In this document: positions 47,059 through 60,200 of the stretch, one piece after another
Layout of the letters: each line of letters begins with the position of its first letter
How positions within the stretch are numbered: position 1 is the first letter of the stretch
Assembly (NCBI GenBank): GCA_977016875.1
Contig: CDRNST010000027.1
Coordinates: 2,914,001 to 2,978,000 of the forward strand
Direction: 5' to 3'
Length of the DNA: 64,000 nt
Origin: Pavona decussata
Lineage: Eukaryota
Program-made: the position numbers and the translations under genes
The notes under the pieces: model-generated
What the model was told of the DNA's origin: nothing
Databases searched by the model: none
The model's input: the letters and a program-made list of their open reading frames with translations, nothing else

Positions 47059-49568
47059 TAACATAGTAAAGATAAAGAAAATGATTCCTGGAAAACAGGT
47101 TTCGTTCCTAATTAATTACAAATTCTCTGTGCAAAAAAAAAAGGTGAAAGTAGTTTCTCATGGTTTAATCTTAACGTTTCATTAAACTTCGACAAGCTCT
47201 TATAAATATACATTTTTTTTGGTGTTGTCTCTCCGTAAAAGTTTTTTATAACACAGCGCGCGCATGCTTCTCCATCTGACTTGCACACGTCATCGGATGG
47301 ACGCACGGCCGTGCGTATGTTGAGAAATGGACCATAATGACGCCAATAGGAGTAAGATTAGGATGTACGCGCGCTATGTTATATAAGAAGTTCACACTTC
47401 TTATCTAAGAATTACGTAGGGACTAAATCAGTCTACTTGCAGAACCCTTACTTAATGAAAAGTAGGATTTTAAAAAATACGTAANNNNNNNNNNNNNNNN
47501 NNNNNNNNNNNNNNNNNNNNNNNNNNNNNNNNNNNNNNNNNNNNNNNNNNNNNNNNNNNNNNNNNNNNNNNNNNNNNNNNNNNNNNNNNNNNNNNNNNNN
47601 NNNNNNNNNNNNNAATGACTGTATGTAGTTCCTTCGATGTACTCTGTGTTTGGTTCCCTGCGTTTTCCCCTCTTTTCTTAATCAACGGGTTTGAAATATC
47701 AAGAATATGATTATTATTAGAATAATGATTCTCCTTTTCCCTTTTCATCTCTTTTTCTGTTGTAATGTTAATGATAATAAAAATTATATTAAATTTACTT
47801 TAATTTTGTTGCATACCCTTTTCTAAATCTGCGTTGTTATGTAAAAGTTAAGTTTCTTATTCCTTCTTTTCCGTTTTTCCAGCATGTTTTGTAATTTATT
47901 GTAATTTTTTTTTTCCATTATGTTCTCCTACTCGTCTTGTCTACTCGACTAGCTTTGGGGCTATTTGCGGGACAACCAAAATTGNNNNNNNNNNNNNNNN
48001 NNNNNNNNNNNNNNNNNNNNNNNNNNNNNNNNNNNNNNNNNNNNNNNNNNNNNNNNNNNNNNNNNNNNNNNNNNNNNNNNNNNNNNNNNNNNNNNNNNNN
48101 NNNNNNNNNNNNNNNGTGGCCAAGACTCATTTCATCCTCTTTCCTTGCAGTAATTCTATGGCAATCTTTCGGAGTGGGACTTAAAGGGAAAGTTCATGGG
48201 AATTTGGTGTTATATCAAAAACTCCAAAACGTTTTTTTATCAACAGAAACCTAAAAGTACATTACTCAAATGTGTTGTAGATTGCCACAACAGTGTACTT
48301 AGACTATCGACAAGTGTCTCTGGCCACAGATGCACTGGGTCAGAATGGATTGCGACTTGAAATAAGTCAGGTTAATACTTTGAAATTCTCGCGTTTCTTA
48401 GTTTTCAAAATGTACTAGAGCATGTCATTGTTCCTTTCAAGAATTCAGCTGATTTCTTTTTCTTGATGTTCTAGAATTATTTTGTAACTTAGTGAAGGTG
48501 TTGTCGCACCATTTTTACCACAAAAGGTGAAAATCCCCGTGATACTTTCCCTTGAAGAAAAAGAATGTTGAAAACAGAGGAGGTTTTTAGCTGGCTAAAA
48601 CGTACCATGTTCACTCCTTTCACTTGAATGATAACATGCTAGCGGTTAGAGAGTTGAAGAGCTCGAGAGAGTGGCACTTTATATGATTGCTTTCTGTTTA
48701 CAAACTTTACAGAGATTGAAGAAACTCTCTGGTCATCGCAAAAGATCATTCTCTTGGTCATCGCTAATGTTACCACGTCAGGTTGCTGACATATTATTTA
48801 TCTAGAGAACTTTCTAGCCTTTCAATTCCTAATCGGTAAGAATCAAGTCAGCGACGAAGTGCTTCCGGCGGGACTCAAAGATAGTTCTTTATTGCCCGCC
48901 CTATAGTCCTAAACACGCCAAAATGTTTAAACATTCGTTATTAATAACAATTTTGCTTTCCATTCGGCAGTAAAACCTGAACCTAGTTAAGAAATTTTTA
49001 ATTCGTTTGAATATAACTTTTCTGACTGAGAATCAATGGTCTTTGTAACTGGAAAAAAAATCAAGGCTCCTGCGCTATAAACCTCGTCACTTTTATATAG
49101 ATGTGCTTACAATATAAGTATTTCCTAGGGTAACAGTGTGTTCGTGTGTGTTCTGCGCATTCCACAAGAGGTATGTCAAGAAAAAAACTCCGCTTTTAGG
49201 AGGATTAACTTAATCACCTTGCACCGTCAGGTGATATTTATTTCAATTGTCAAGCCCGCAGCATTTTCTTCTTTCTTTTTCCGATGATCGCTAAAAACGA
49301 TGTATCGGTGCTATTTACACGCATCATATTATCCTATGACGAAGTCCAGACGGGAGTTCTATCGGACTTATTCCGCAATCCGCTTTCTCGATAAAAATAT
49401 ATCTGATGGACTGGTTGGTGTATTGCACAGCTTTCATGTTCATTCATAAGGCGAGAAAGACTTAGAAACTTTATTGCACGTTATCTCTCTCCTCTCCTGA
49501 GTGGGTACATACTGCTAGGGCAACTGTGCTAGGGACTGAACCCTTCGATGGACTGGCATCCCATCCAG

Positions 49569-49803
49569 GGACCCGTTTCTCGAAAGTCCCGGTAACTTAC
49601 TGGGCCCGATAAGTATATTTTTAAACGTTTTTTCGCCGATTACACAGTGATTACAGACATGGTTCTTGGGCAGGGATTCATTAAACTACAAGATTTTAAA
49701 ATTTAGTATTCAAAGCTAACAAAAATTGACTTTTATGAAGAAACATTTATTACAAAGACACTTACCGGCCCGGTAAGTTACGGGACTTTCGAGAAACGGG
49801 CCC
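49569..49803. mobile_element. Harbinger-type MITE B (copy 2)
   Basis: Closely similar to 34600-34839, with CAG on both flanks. Inserted in a SINE-like 3' segment (gatggactggcatcccatccag|ggggg). Confidence 0.88.
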
Positions 49804-52800
49804 CAGGGGGGAATTGTTAGCGAGATTTCTAGTCAGTTAATGCTAGACCGGATGGGTCACGTACGCTCGAAGTCCAACTACGCGCGAAGAGTACTACAAT
49901 AGATCAAAAGCAAGCGGACAAGAAGTTATCACCCCTTGACGCACATTATTCCTAAAAAACATTTCGCCCTGTTCAGGCCCGGGCGGTAAAAATCTTTACT
50001 CTTTATTACACACATAGAGAAATAATTCTCCGTTTCGCACCAAAATGGCTCAAAATTCGAAAACCCCCCACCACACCCTGTAGCTGGTATAGAGGATACC
50101 CTGTCTTTATAGATGGTTCCCGCGCAGTTCAACCCCCTCAACTCCCTCTACCCGCCCCAAAACCTTTGGTAAAGAATTTAATCAAAAGTAGCTTTAACAG
50201 TCTGGAGCGTAAATGTATTCTAGTGTTGATAAACATAAGATTAACGCTATAAAATTTCATACGTGTTGCATTGGGAACTCCAGTAACATTAAACCTTGAA
50301 CAAAAAAAAGGCTTATAAATGGTCAACGAAACAGAGTCATTACAAATGTTTCGAATAGAACTGAGGAATGACGACTTATAAATGTTCAACATTTTCCAGA
50401 AGAGGATGCTGCAAGATCCCTTTACAAGAATGGAAATCTTATGGGCTTACCGTTAGAGCCCCTCCAGTTAAAAATGCCTTCCTATGTGCTAGTTATCATA
50501 CGTGTTGTATACCATTAATCCTCAGCTAAAACAACAACAAAGAAAAAACATTGGTTTAATAATCTTTGACAACAATTAATAAGGATTAAATTGAAGGCTT
50601 ACACTTTTTCCCACTTTGTTCCACCTTAATTAAACCACATTTTTCTCTGACTTGAGCTCTGGCAATCGTCTTTGGAACAATGGTTCGCTTTTGTAACTTC
50701 AAGTACTGGCACCGCTGCTTTTCCATATTGCCTGGGGGATAACCTACTGGTGCTGTCAATGTATTACATATGCATGTGGTAGGCCATAAAGAAGAGTGGG
50801 AAAAATCAGCGTTGAGATTGCGGGATTGTGTGCTGGAATCTCCGGCAGCTATAAGTTAAATTTTCAGCAAATTTCAGCTGTCAGTTTAAATTTAGCCATT
50901 TCTCAGGGATATCTGGTTGATCGGCTTTTCCGAGTTCAAACTAGCGGTCCTTCTCAACTGATTGTTAATCACAATCCTCAGACATCAGTTTAACCCCATC
51001 GAGACCCTCATTTTTCAACAAGATTGTGTTTGTTATGTGTTAATGCAAAACTGATCCAAAACTGGGAATAAAACGTAGCTCAATAGTAGATCTTTTCCCG
51101 CCTGTTCGCCTCTAGGCCGAGGGCAGCTAAGACAGCTAAAATTGCAGTAAATTTATGCCAGATTTTACGGCCGACTTTGAACCTATCAGTAACTCCGCTC
51201 AAAACTGACAGGTCAAGTCCAAAATCTAAAATTATGCCTCTCAGTTATACCTGAATAGAACACCGCACATTAAAATCATAGACCCGTACAGCGCTCGTAA
51301 ACCATGATTAGAAATCTTCTAAATGTCGCCACATTTTGATTAGAAGAGTTTGTAAGCTAAGTTTTTTTAAATTTCGTGTTTGACACTGGTTTATAGCCCG
51401 AGTCTGTTTTCTATACGTTTGTAATCTCATGAGGGCGATTACCCTTTGAGCCCCACATATAATGAGTCCCTTCCTCTTTCAGCATTGATTTTCCCCTTCC
51501 CTTTTTCTAGTTTTCTTCCTATACTTAGTTGGAGAGTGCGTCCAGATGAACGTACTTTGCACGTCCTCGTGCAATACGGCAATCATTGTCGTGATTCCGA
51601 GGAAGCCTCGTCGTGTCATATGTGCGTGTGCTCTTCGAAACTGCTCTAATCGCGTGCAAACTAAGGAAAATAAAACATCTGGTGCAGTTGAAATGAAAGA
51701 AGTTATTAGTTTTTTATCCTTTATCATTGAGCTCAGGTATCAAAAAAAAAAAAAAAAAACTCACCAGAACCCGGCAGGGAGTACTCAGTAATCCTTTTAG
51801 TGGAATTAAAGATAAGGTTACAGAAAAGGTTTTCTGCTTTTTGTCGGTTAATTTCGTTAGAAAAACGTCCCGTTTATTATGTCCTCACTGATGTATCTTG
51901 TACTAAGGGTCCGGCTTGTTTGGACTTTAAAATTATACCTTATCCAAGGTACTATTTCAGCGACTTAAAATACAAAAGTTTTTAGTTTCTTCATAACAGA
52001 GAGATTCTAAGTCCATTCGTATGGGGATGGCCCTGGAAACGAAAATTTCAATTCTTTAGGACGCACGGTGTACACCAACACGGGAAAAGCAGATCATAGC
52101 AAGGGCTACTGAAATCCAAAGAGAAACTTGGCGGTAAACCACGCATTTTTCAGGGATAAATAAGCTTCAATTTGGAAAAATTCCATAGATTCATTGGGTT
52201 CCCTGTGTGCATACCACTGGACTGTTCACAGCCAATGATCAATCGAAACAGTTCTGTCATAACATTAGAAGTCGTTTCCGGGTCTTTCGTTTTGGAATAC
52301 GTTCAACAAGGAATTTTACATAGGTTAATCGAGTTTTAGCAACATTCAAATGCTGTCTCCTGTTTCAGTTAGCCCACTTAATTCCTAAGTTTTGGTAACT
52401 GAACATCAAATTGGAGTGTAGTTACTTTATCTAGTTTGCTGGCTCTTGAGAAACGAAACATTGAACTGTTCAAAATGTGTAATTTTGGAAAGAAATATTG
52501 TTATAAGACATGAAGCAGTTACCTGTGACACAAAACTGACAAAGATGTGTAAAGATGAAAGCCGAAGAGATATTATGATAACCTGCAAAATTAAATTTGG
52601 TGTGTTGGAGAATCGATTCAGCTCTCAATTCCGCGCAGCCCATAGCTTCATATGCCCTTCTAGTCTGCATACTTCCTCCTTTCTCCCTGCGATTTTACGC
52701 TTTTTTTCGAACAAATGTACTGATGGCGCAGGATACTGAAACAGTCATAATCACATCTCCACGATGATTTTTATTTTTAGGGGAAAAATGGGAGGGCGGG

Positions 52801-53250
52801 GTTCAACGAGAACTTCCTTCCGGCTGGATATCTTTACTGAATAAAGAGCTTATCATCGGGGGATTAAGAACGCCATTGTTCCCACAGCTCGATCAAAATC
52901 GAACGTTTTATCGCTTTTATTGTTTTAATGTTTGTCGTGCAAAGGTCGCTTTCTGCTTCGAGATAGTTCTCTTCTTTTTTTTTTTTTTTATGATGATCAA
53001 AACGTGCGTTCCAACAGATAAAAATCCAAACCTTGTCCTTTTTCACTTACATAATCAGAGAGGTCTTGCCTCAGAGATCTTTCTTTCTCAAAAGTCACTT
53101 CAAACGCCAGGCCACGTCGTGAAAGACGTTTAAAGATATCGTTCCGCCGTTGAATTATCAATGTTGGTCCGTTTCTGTAGCTGATAAAAAAGTTCTATCG
53201 CCTCCTCAGTCTGTTTTGCAAACACAAGAAAAGCTTGCCCAGTTCTTCAA

Positions 53251-53686
53251 CCCGGGGGGTGGTGGGGGACCGGGGGAAGGTACTCCCATGGGCCATACAG
53301 GTATGTGCAGCCCCAAAGGGCACGGTTTTTCAACCGTTCTGGTCATAAATGGGGCATCGATTGAAGCCTTTTTGCCACCATTTTGGTAATAAATAGGGTA
53401 TCAATTTTTGCACCCTAGTCTTAAATGCGTTTTTTAAGAAGAAGCTACTTCTTCATAGTGATATTTACGGCAACTGTGTACGTGCCGTAACGGCTTGTCA
53501 CGCCTTTAACAATGGCCTGAACTAGGGGAATAATTATAAAGCAGGTCTGAAACAGGGTATTGATTTAAGGGTCAGGACATAAATAGGGTAGGGAAAATCG
53601 CAGATTTTGGTCATAAAGAGGGTAAGGGCTTTGGGAAACTGGCCGCACACCCTTACCCCGTGATTTTCCTAGGAGTACCCCCCGGG
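53251..53686. mobile_element. Non-autonomous TIR element with CCCGGGGGG termini
   Basis: cccgggggg...gtactcc and ggagtaccccccggg inverted ends, with internal (aaat)agggta subrepeats. Confidence 0.7.
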
Positions 53687-56422
53687 CTCTTCCGGGTTCT
53701 ACTTCTCACACTTCTGTTGCTTGTCTCTCAAGGCATGATGCCTTCTCTTCGATAAATACTAACATCGTTTGCTTAAGAGTGTCAAGTGAAGAAAACTCAA
53801 GTATCATGTCAGTTGTTTAAATTTTGGTTTGACTCTAGTTAGCTTCGTCAGTTATTCCAAGAAAAGATGTACTCATTGCCGTGATAACAGCAGAATCTTA
53901 GGTAGTTGTATTACTCTGTTACTGGCTCTGAGATGCACAGACACTTTGAGTATTGTGCACAGGCGCAGTAACAAATTGCATGGCAGCAAGCTCTTACATT
54001 ATGACTATTTTTGTCAAACTGATTCCAGTCTGCGCTACAATTTTTTTTTATTTTTAATCTCGTTAATTATCGAAGACACTTGACTTCAAAAGTCCAGTGC
54101 TAACCATGTTCTCACTGATCAAGCTAGAGAGTGTGAACTGACAAAGACCATGAAATAAGAGGAAGCCTTGCATGTATGCATTTCGTTCGTTTAACCCTTA
54201 CCGGCAAATTGAAACCGTTCACATCTTTTGCAATATTTAATAAAAATAAGGTAGTACCTTATGAAGGTCTGCTCACCAGATTTCGTTCCGTTTTGGTTGG
54301 TACTTGTTCTTTCACACCATTCAAGTGTTAAACATCTTGCTCCGTCATAGTAGGGTACTATGCTCAGTGCTGAGCTTCATTTGAATTGTCACACTTTAGG
54401 ATTTCAGTTCACAGACTCAATAGTTAGAACCACCTTACCACATAGAAGTGCAAATTCGGATTCCCGTATGAAAGCTGAGGGAACAATCACTAGAAATGTT
54501 GAACACTAAAATCTACGTTGCTCGAGATGGGTAAAACCCAGAGGTACTATTTCGTATGAAAAATGATAACATTAACTGGGTTGTCTTGAACACGAATGAG
54601 TAAGTCTTCTTCTTTACGGCAAACCTTAACTCGTATAAAATGGGGTTGAGGGATACGTTAGGTTCTGTCCAAGATGACGAGCTACAGTTCAGAGAAAAAG
54701 AGGTTCCCCCTGTTCACGGTTATTTCAACACACTCGGTAACACTGCCCAAATATGGTCATGGTGCACTGAATATTCATCGTCCGTAGTCAACCGATAGCC
54801 TGCGATGTACGTAATTTCGACTGTCGGGGAGAAAAATGGCAAAATAAAGATCGTCTCCAGCATTCTGCCATAAAACTGTTGTTTGTTATCAATGTGTTGA
54901 ATAAAACAATTTTTCTGCTCTATCAGTGCGGAATATCTCCTGATTTTAGCCCACTCCGCCTACGGCCTCATCAGCTAAGCATCAGGTGCGCGATTTCGCA
55001 TGATTTTTTTTTTTGAATTGTAGTAAAGTGCACAGACCAGTTCATTCTCTCAAGCCTTTTTCACTACTACAATTTCGCGTGCTTCACGAGTTAATTAAAA
55101 CCAGAAGCTCCTTCATATTGAGTATTATCCCACTAACAATCGATTAAAATACACAATGAATTAACAATGATTCTAAACATTTATTTCCGTAAAGGCAAGA
55201 TTTTTGAGCTTAACCACAATCGTTACTGAACTCATGCTAAAACTAAACCTTACACACACTTTTGATATTTCGATATGTACAGTCAACCACAATAACGCCT
55301 TGTTTGAAAAAACACATCGCACGCAACAATCGATGAGAGTTTGACCTTCTTTTCTTAATAAAAGGTAAATGTTTTAAGACCACCCAGCAAAGGAAATGCT
55401 TTGAGAAAGACAGCTCTGTCCTGTTGTGGGCAGAAAACAAACAAACAAACGCCTACATCTCGATAGCGCGCGGGCGAGATATAATAACTTAGCGGAGAGC
55501 AGAGGCCACTTCCTTTGTCTATACTAATTGCTGAACATGTAAGCTAACATACTAAGATGGAAATGAAATTTTACGGAAATCACACTTTTTCTTGTGTTTC
55601 GGACGTAACAATATAATTTTGAACACCTTACATAATTAGAGTACAAACAGCTTGTCTTTTTCTTGATCAATCTTCGACGCCGGTGCGTGAAGATGAAAAT
55701 TGTTGGCGGAAACTATCGGTCTCGAGCAGGCGCAGACATTTTCTCTACCAGGGAAGAAATAAAGAAACTATTTGTAGTCTTCACAGAGTTTAAAATACTG
55801 ATCTCATACCATGCCCCGTCCTCGTACCAGCCGCAGGGGTGAATATAGCGTGAGTAAAGTTCGGATTTTTAAATCGGACCATTTACACGTTGCATCACGA
55901 TCTATGAATGCAAGCGCCAAGCGGTGGGAAGAATAGACCTTAATCCACTTGACTTCTCCATATCTAGCTTGCTTCGTTGCATATCGTATTCAGATCAGAA
56001 AAGATTATTTCAAGGAACCAAACTAAATCCACGAGATCTGTCTGTAGCGGTTTAATTTGACCCTATACATTTTTTTTGTGGTCTACTTGATTTTCTAAGA
56101 ATTGTATCGGAAAATGACTGAGTTTTCTATACGTCTTAGCCATTCTCTACGTTTTCAAACCAACACATGGAGTCTTTGCTTGATTCAGTTTTAAAGCTCA
56201 AAGTTCGGAATGCAGCTAATTTAGAGGAGCTCTATTCTATTCACTAGGGTGATGACAAAGCCATAAAAAGTCTATTCTTCCTAACAACTTTGACGCGTTA
56301 TATAAATATACTTAACGACAGAAACCGAGTGTTCATATCCTGCTGGATGCCGACGGCACGCACATAGAGACCTTTTATTTACAGATAAATTTCCTGAATA
56401 CTTTTGTTTTGCAAGCCAGCTG

Positions 56423-57277
56423 TTATGTAACTTTGGCTTTTTCGCACTCTTTTAACCAGTTACAGATCATGGAGACCTTTTCTGGATCCTGCTCCTCCTC
56501 GTCTTCATCAAAAACTTGATTCACGTCTTCTATCTCCTCTAAATTTTCGTCAAACGGCGACCGCGCGCGTTCAGACTCGTCCACCGCCTTTTCCCGTCTG
56601 ATGACTGCGGATTTTGTGCGGTTTCGAAAAGGGGAACCGTTTATGTCACTTAATCCATTTGTAAGGGCAGAACACGTTTTAATCACAGGTAGAGAATTCG
56701 TCTTTCGAAGAATCTTTCCATTTGCCAGGTTTAGCGTAACGAACGCCTTTCTCGCCCCAGACTCGAGAAGTAGTTGGCTGTCACAATCGATTGGGCGGGA
56801 AAAGCCCCCATTGGAAACGTTTCCGCTAAACGCAGTTTTAACTTCTCCAGACGACTTTCTAAAGAAATCCTCCGAATGACTCGGCGGTTTTTGTAATGGA
56901 GGCAAAGACGTTGCTGAAAGCATTTTAGGTAGCGTCTGACCCCCTTTCTGTGCTTCCAAGACTTCGAGAAAATGCTCTGAAGGTCTTCTCACGCGGAAGC
57001 TTTGCGCGGAGTTTTCCCGAATATCGCAATTTGCCGGTGGCGTGAATGGCGGTGTGAGGCATCTTTCGGACAGACTTGTTTCGTACTTCAAGCTTGAAAC
57101 GCTCCTCGATGAAGCAGATGACAAGCGTTCTCTTTTGCCTAAAGCGTTCGTGATTTCCTTATCGCCATCCGCTTGTTCAATAGCGTGAGCTTCAAAGTTC
57201 AAAATCGTGGGAGGTGATATCTTACGTCGCAATGGAAGTAAGCTATTCTCTGAGTTGTACATTGGGGTTTCCCTCAT
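56423..57277 (-). CDS. Uncharacterised ~284-aa Ser/Arg/Pro-rich protein with C-terminal D-x6-IxxWL-x2-C motif (member 3)
   Basis: Long ORF with first ATG (aaaATG) at 57277. A strong acceptor ttttctttcgttatcag| lies at 57355, so an N-terminal extension is possible. An acidic run precedes the shared motif. Confidence 0.78.
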   Translation of the reverse strand: MRETPMYNSENSLLPLRRKISPPTILNFEAHAIEQADGDKEITNALGKRERLSSASSRSVSSLKYETSLSERCLTPPFTPPANCDIRENSAQSFRVRRPSEHFLEVLEAQKGGQTLPKMLSATSLPPLQKPPSHSEDFFRKSSGEVKTAFSGNVSNGGFSRPIDCDSQLLLESGARKAFVTLNLANGKILRKTNSLPVIKTCSALTNGLSDINGSPFRNRTKSAVIRREKAVDESERARSPFDENLEEIEDVNQVFDEDEEEQDPEKVSMICNWLKECEKAKVT

Positions 57278-60200
57278 TTTAAACCAGTGTTGAAGAATCG
57301 GGACGATTTCCTCGCGTTTAGATATTCCAGTCACCGGCCGGTAAGGCACATCACCTGATAACGAAAGAAAAATGTAGCTTGTTCAATTGTTGTCACCTTA
57401 AACCAAGACAAAAAGCGACACAGCACGACCTTTAAAGACCCACTGTGTACCGTATCGATTACATCTCAAGTAAACTACATTCCCACATATAAACACATAC
57501 AGTGACATTGACTTATGTTATATAATTCTTATTTCCCGTTCATATCACGTGGACTTAAGCGTATAAAATGCACCAAACTACAACTCGGTTTCGACCCCTC
57601 ATCCTTCTGAAGAAAGTGTTCACTGTCTTAGGTCCTTGCTTTCGAAGAAAAGAGGTTTATACGGGTTTCAAAATCTGCTTGCGTGATTTCCCGCAGCTTG
57701 TGGGGCGATGCTTGATTAAACAAGTTTGTCTCAGAGCAAAATAAATCAGATAAATTTCTTCAATCCATCAATCCACCGTTTGTTCTCAAGAGCTTCATGA
57801 GATGACTCCACCTACCGGTAGATTTTTTAACTCGTTAATTTACAAAATTCAATTAAGCAAAGGACAGGGTAAATTCTCTTATAAACACTCTCGGCTTTAG
57901 GAGCCTTTCTATGGTGATTTGTCGCTTGAAGTATTTTTTTAAGGCATCAAGACAATGATCTGTTTAATCGAGCAGTAGGACTTGTGTATTTTAAGGGGTC
58001 ATGATCTTACAACAAAACTGCGGATACAAGCACAACGAACCGGGTTAGCTTTGCAGATGAATCAATTAGAGATAAATACAGCACACGTTCGCCCGAAAAA
58101 CTGAATAGAATAGTTGTTCACCTTAATCTGAGAGTGAGAATTTAAAGAATTAACTTAAGTAGCTATTGATGACCTACATGACAAAGTAAGCAGCTCAGTC
58201 TTCGGGTGCAAACTATTTAACTGATGGCGTGATGCTGTGATTGCATTTCTCGAAAAAAGATTTTTTAAGTAAATAGCAGTTAGCCCTCACGAATTAGAGA
58301 GCAAAGGGCAATACACTCAAAGCTTGTCGATCAAAGTAGTAATACCACGTGAATGAATGTATACGATTCACATGTTTTGCACATGCAAACACTCGATCCC
58401 GATCAAAGTGTGAAAGTTACGACCTACTGGAATTATGGGGTGATTTAATTAGCATACACATATTTCGCGCCTTTTTTCTTGTCCTGTGTAAATGTTAAGC
58501 CCGTAAAACCTTACGTGCTTTTATTTTCTAGCAAAAAAAATGTAGTTAGGCTTATACATGGTGAAACACTTCGCTGAAAGCTGTTGGATCTGTATATACT
58601 TTTTACCCGACAAGGTTTTTTCAATCAACTGTAATATCTTATATCCGAAGTACAAAGACTCTTTTGTTATTGTTTTACTGCAGTTACCATGGTGATTGTG
58701 AGCAAAAGGAGTAAGTATGTGATTTGGCAATGAACAACTCTGATGTTTCCTGTTCTGAAATTTAGTTTTGCCACTTAATTTTTTTTAGGAGCTTTTCATA
58801 GTGGAGTTAAATTAGCACCTGGTGGATTTCAATTGCTTTTTTATGACAGAAATCAAAGACTGAAGTGGGCGTGGACATTACGACGTAAGCACGTTTCATT
58901 ATTGTTTTTGTAAATGAAGGTCTTTTTCCTGCGCTAATTAACAATAAAAATTTACTTTCATTGAGCTGCATGCAAAACTCATCAATGGCGACAAATGTTT
59001 TGTTAGTTAATCTTTTGTCCAACGTATTTGCGATAGTGAAACAACCTGGAACAAAAGCATGTCCCCAGGCAGTGGAATTATGTTTTACTGAGTGAAATCA
59101 GTTCAAGCATAAAGAAGAAAACGGAGTGTCCAAGGCGAGGCAGAGGGTTTTCAGCATGATTTGCTCTGTTGCTTTTCACTTTTACTAAGTTTTGGTGCAT
59201 GTATGATCCAGGGCTTGAACTCAAAGGGCAATTTTCCAGTCCAAATAAAGATTTCACCGGCCGCAAGTTCTGGTATTGCCGATTATCTTGACCAGTCACG
59301 TTCGCTTCGTGATAAATGACAAAATAAGTACAATTCCACATTTTTCGGATCATTTTAAAGAAATGCAGATGTCGTTCATTACCCAAGAAAAGAAGTACTT
59401 TTGTGCGATTCCTAGCGCTAAGAACTTCAAAAGTTTAACTTAAACTCGCCTTCAAATGTTTAACTTAAGCCTGAGGCTTATTCCGACCGCGGAAGAGTTG
59501 AATACTAACTCATCTGGGAAAAATTATTTTTACCAAGTACTACGAAAACATCTTTAAAAAAACTAATCTTTTTATGGTCCTTATTTACTCTAAATATTTT
59601 ACTGGGAAGATTCAAATCATTTCTATTGTTTAGCCAAAGGAAAAAAAAAACGAAGATGAGATTACGTAAATTATGCAAATACTTGCAAACATTTCATCTA
59701 ATTACGCCATGTTCCCTTTTTTACGATACGTTCATTTGACAGAAAAGTTCTATTTAACTTTTCGATGAAATTACGAATTTTTTAGTAAAAGAATTTTAAG
59801 TAAAAGCAAACTTTTTCTGAAAGGCAAAAACAACCTACTAAACGAAACGAAAACCTTGAATGACTACATATTCGCCTTTCCAAAGACTCGGTCCCGTAAA
59901 ATATTCATTTGGCAAAATTTGTCGCTTAGTTCAGGCCCGGCACCCTGAACGGTTCATCTCGATGGATGGCCCCCAGTAATTAGGATTTAGTCAAAAAGAG
60001 TTAGGATTAAGCTGATTTTCTCAGTTCCGCGGTAAAAAAGAAAACTACGTCCTTTCGTATTGAAGGGGCGAACATGGCGGTTAAAAATGCGAAAAAGGCC
60101 TGCTAGCATAGTGATTCGGGAAAAAATTCTGCTTTAGCTTAACTTTTCATCTAAAGTATTAGCTTATACATCGAACACAGGAGACAACATTTCAAGTATT

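Noticed and set aside
21280-48254. ORFs containing runs of X
   Set aside because: They are artefacts of translating through the N gaps.
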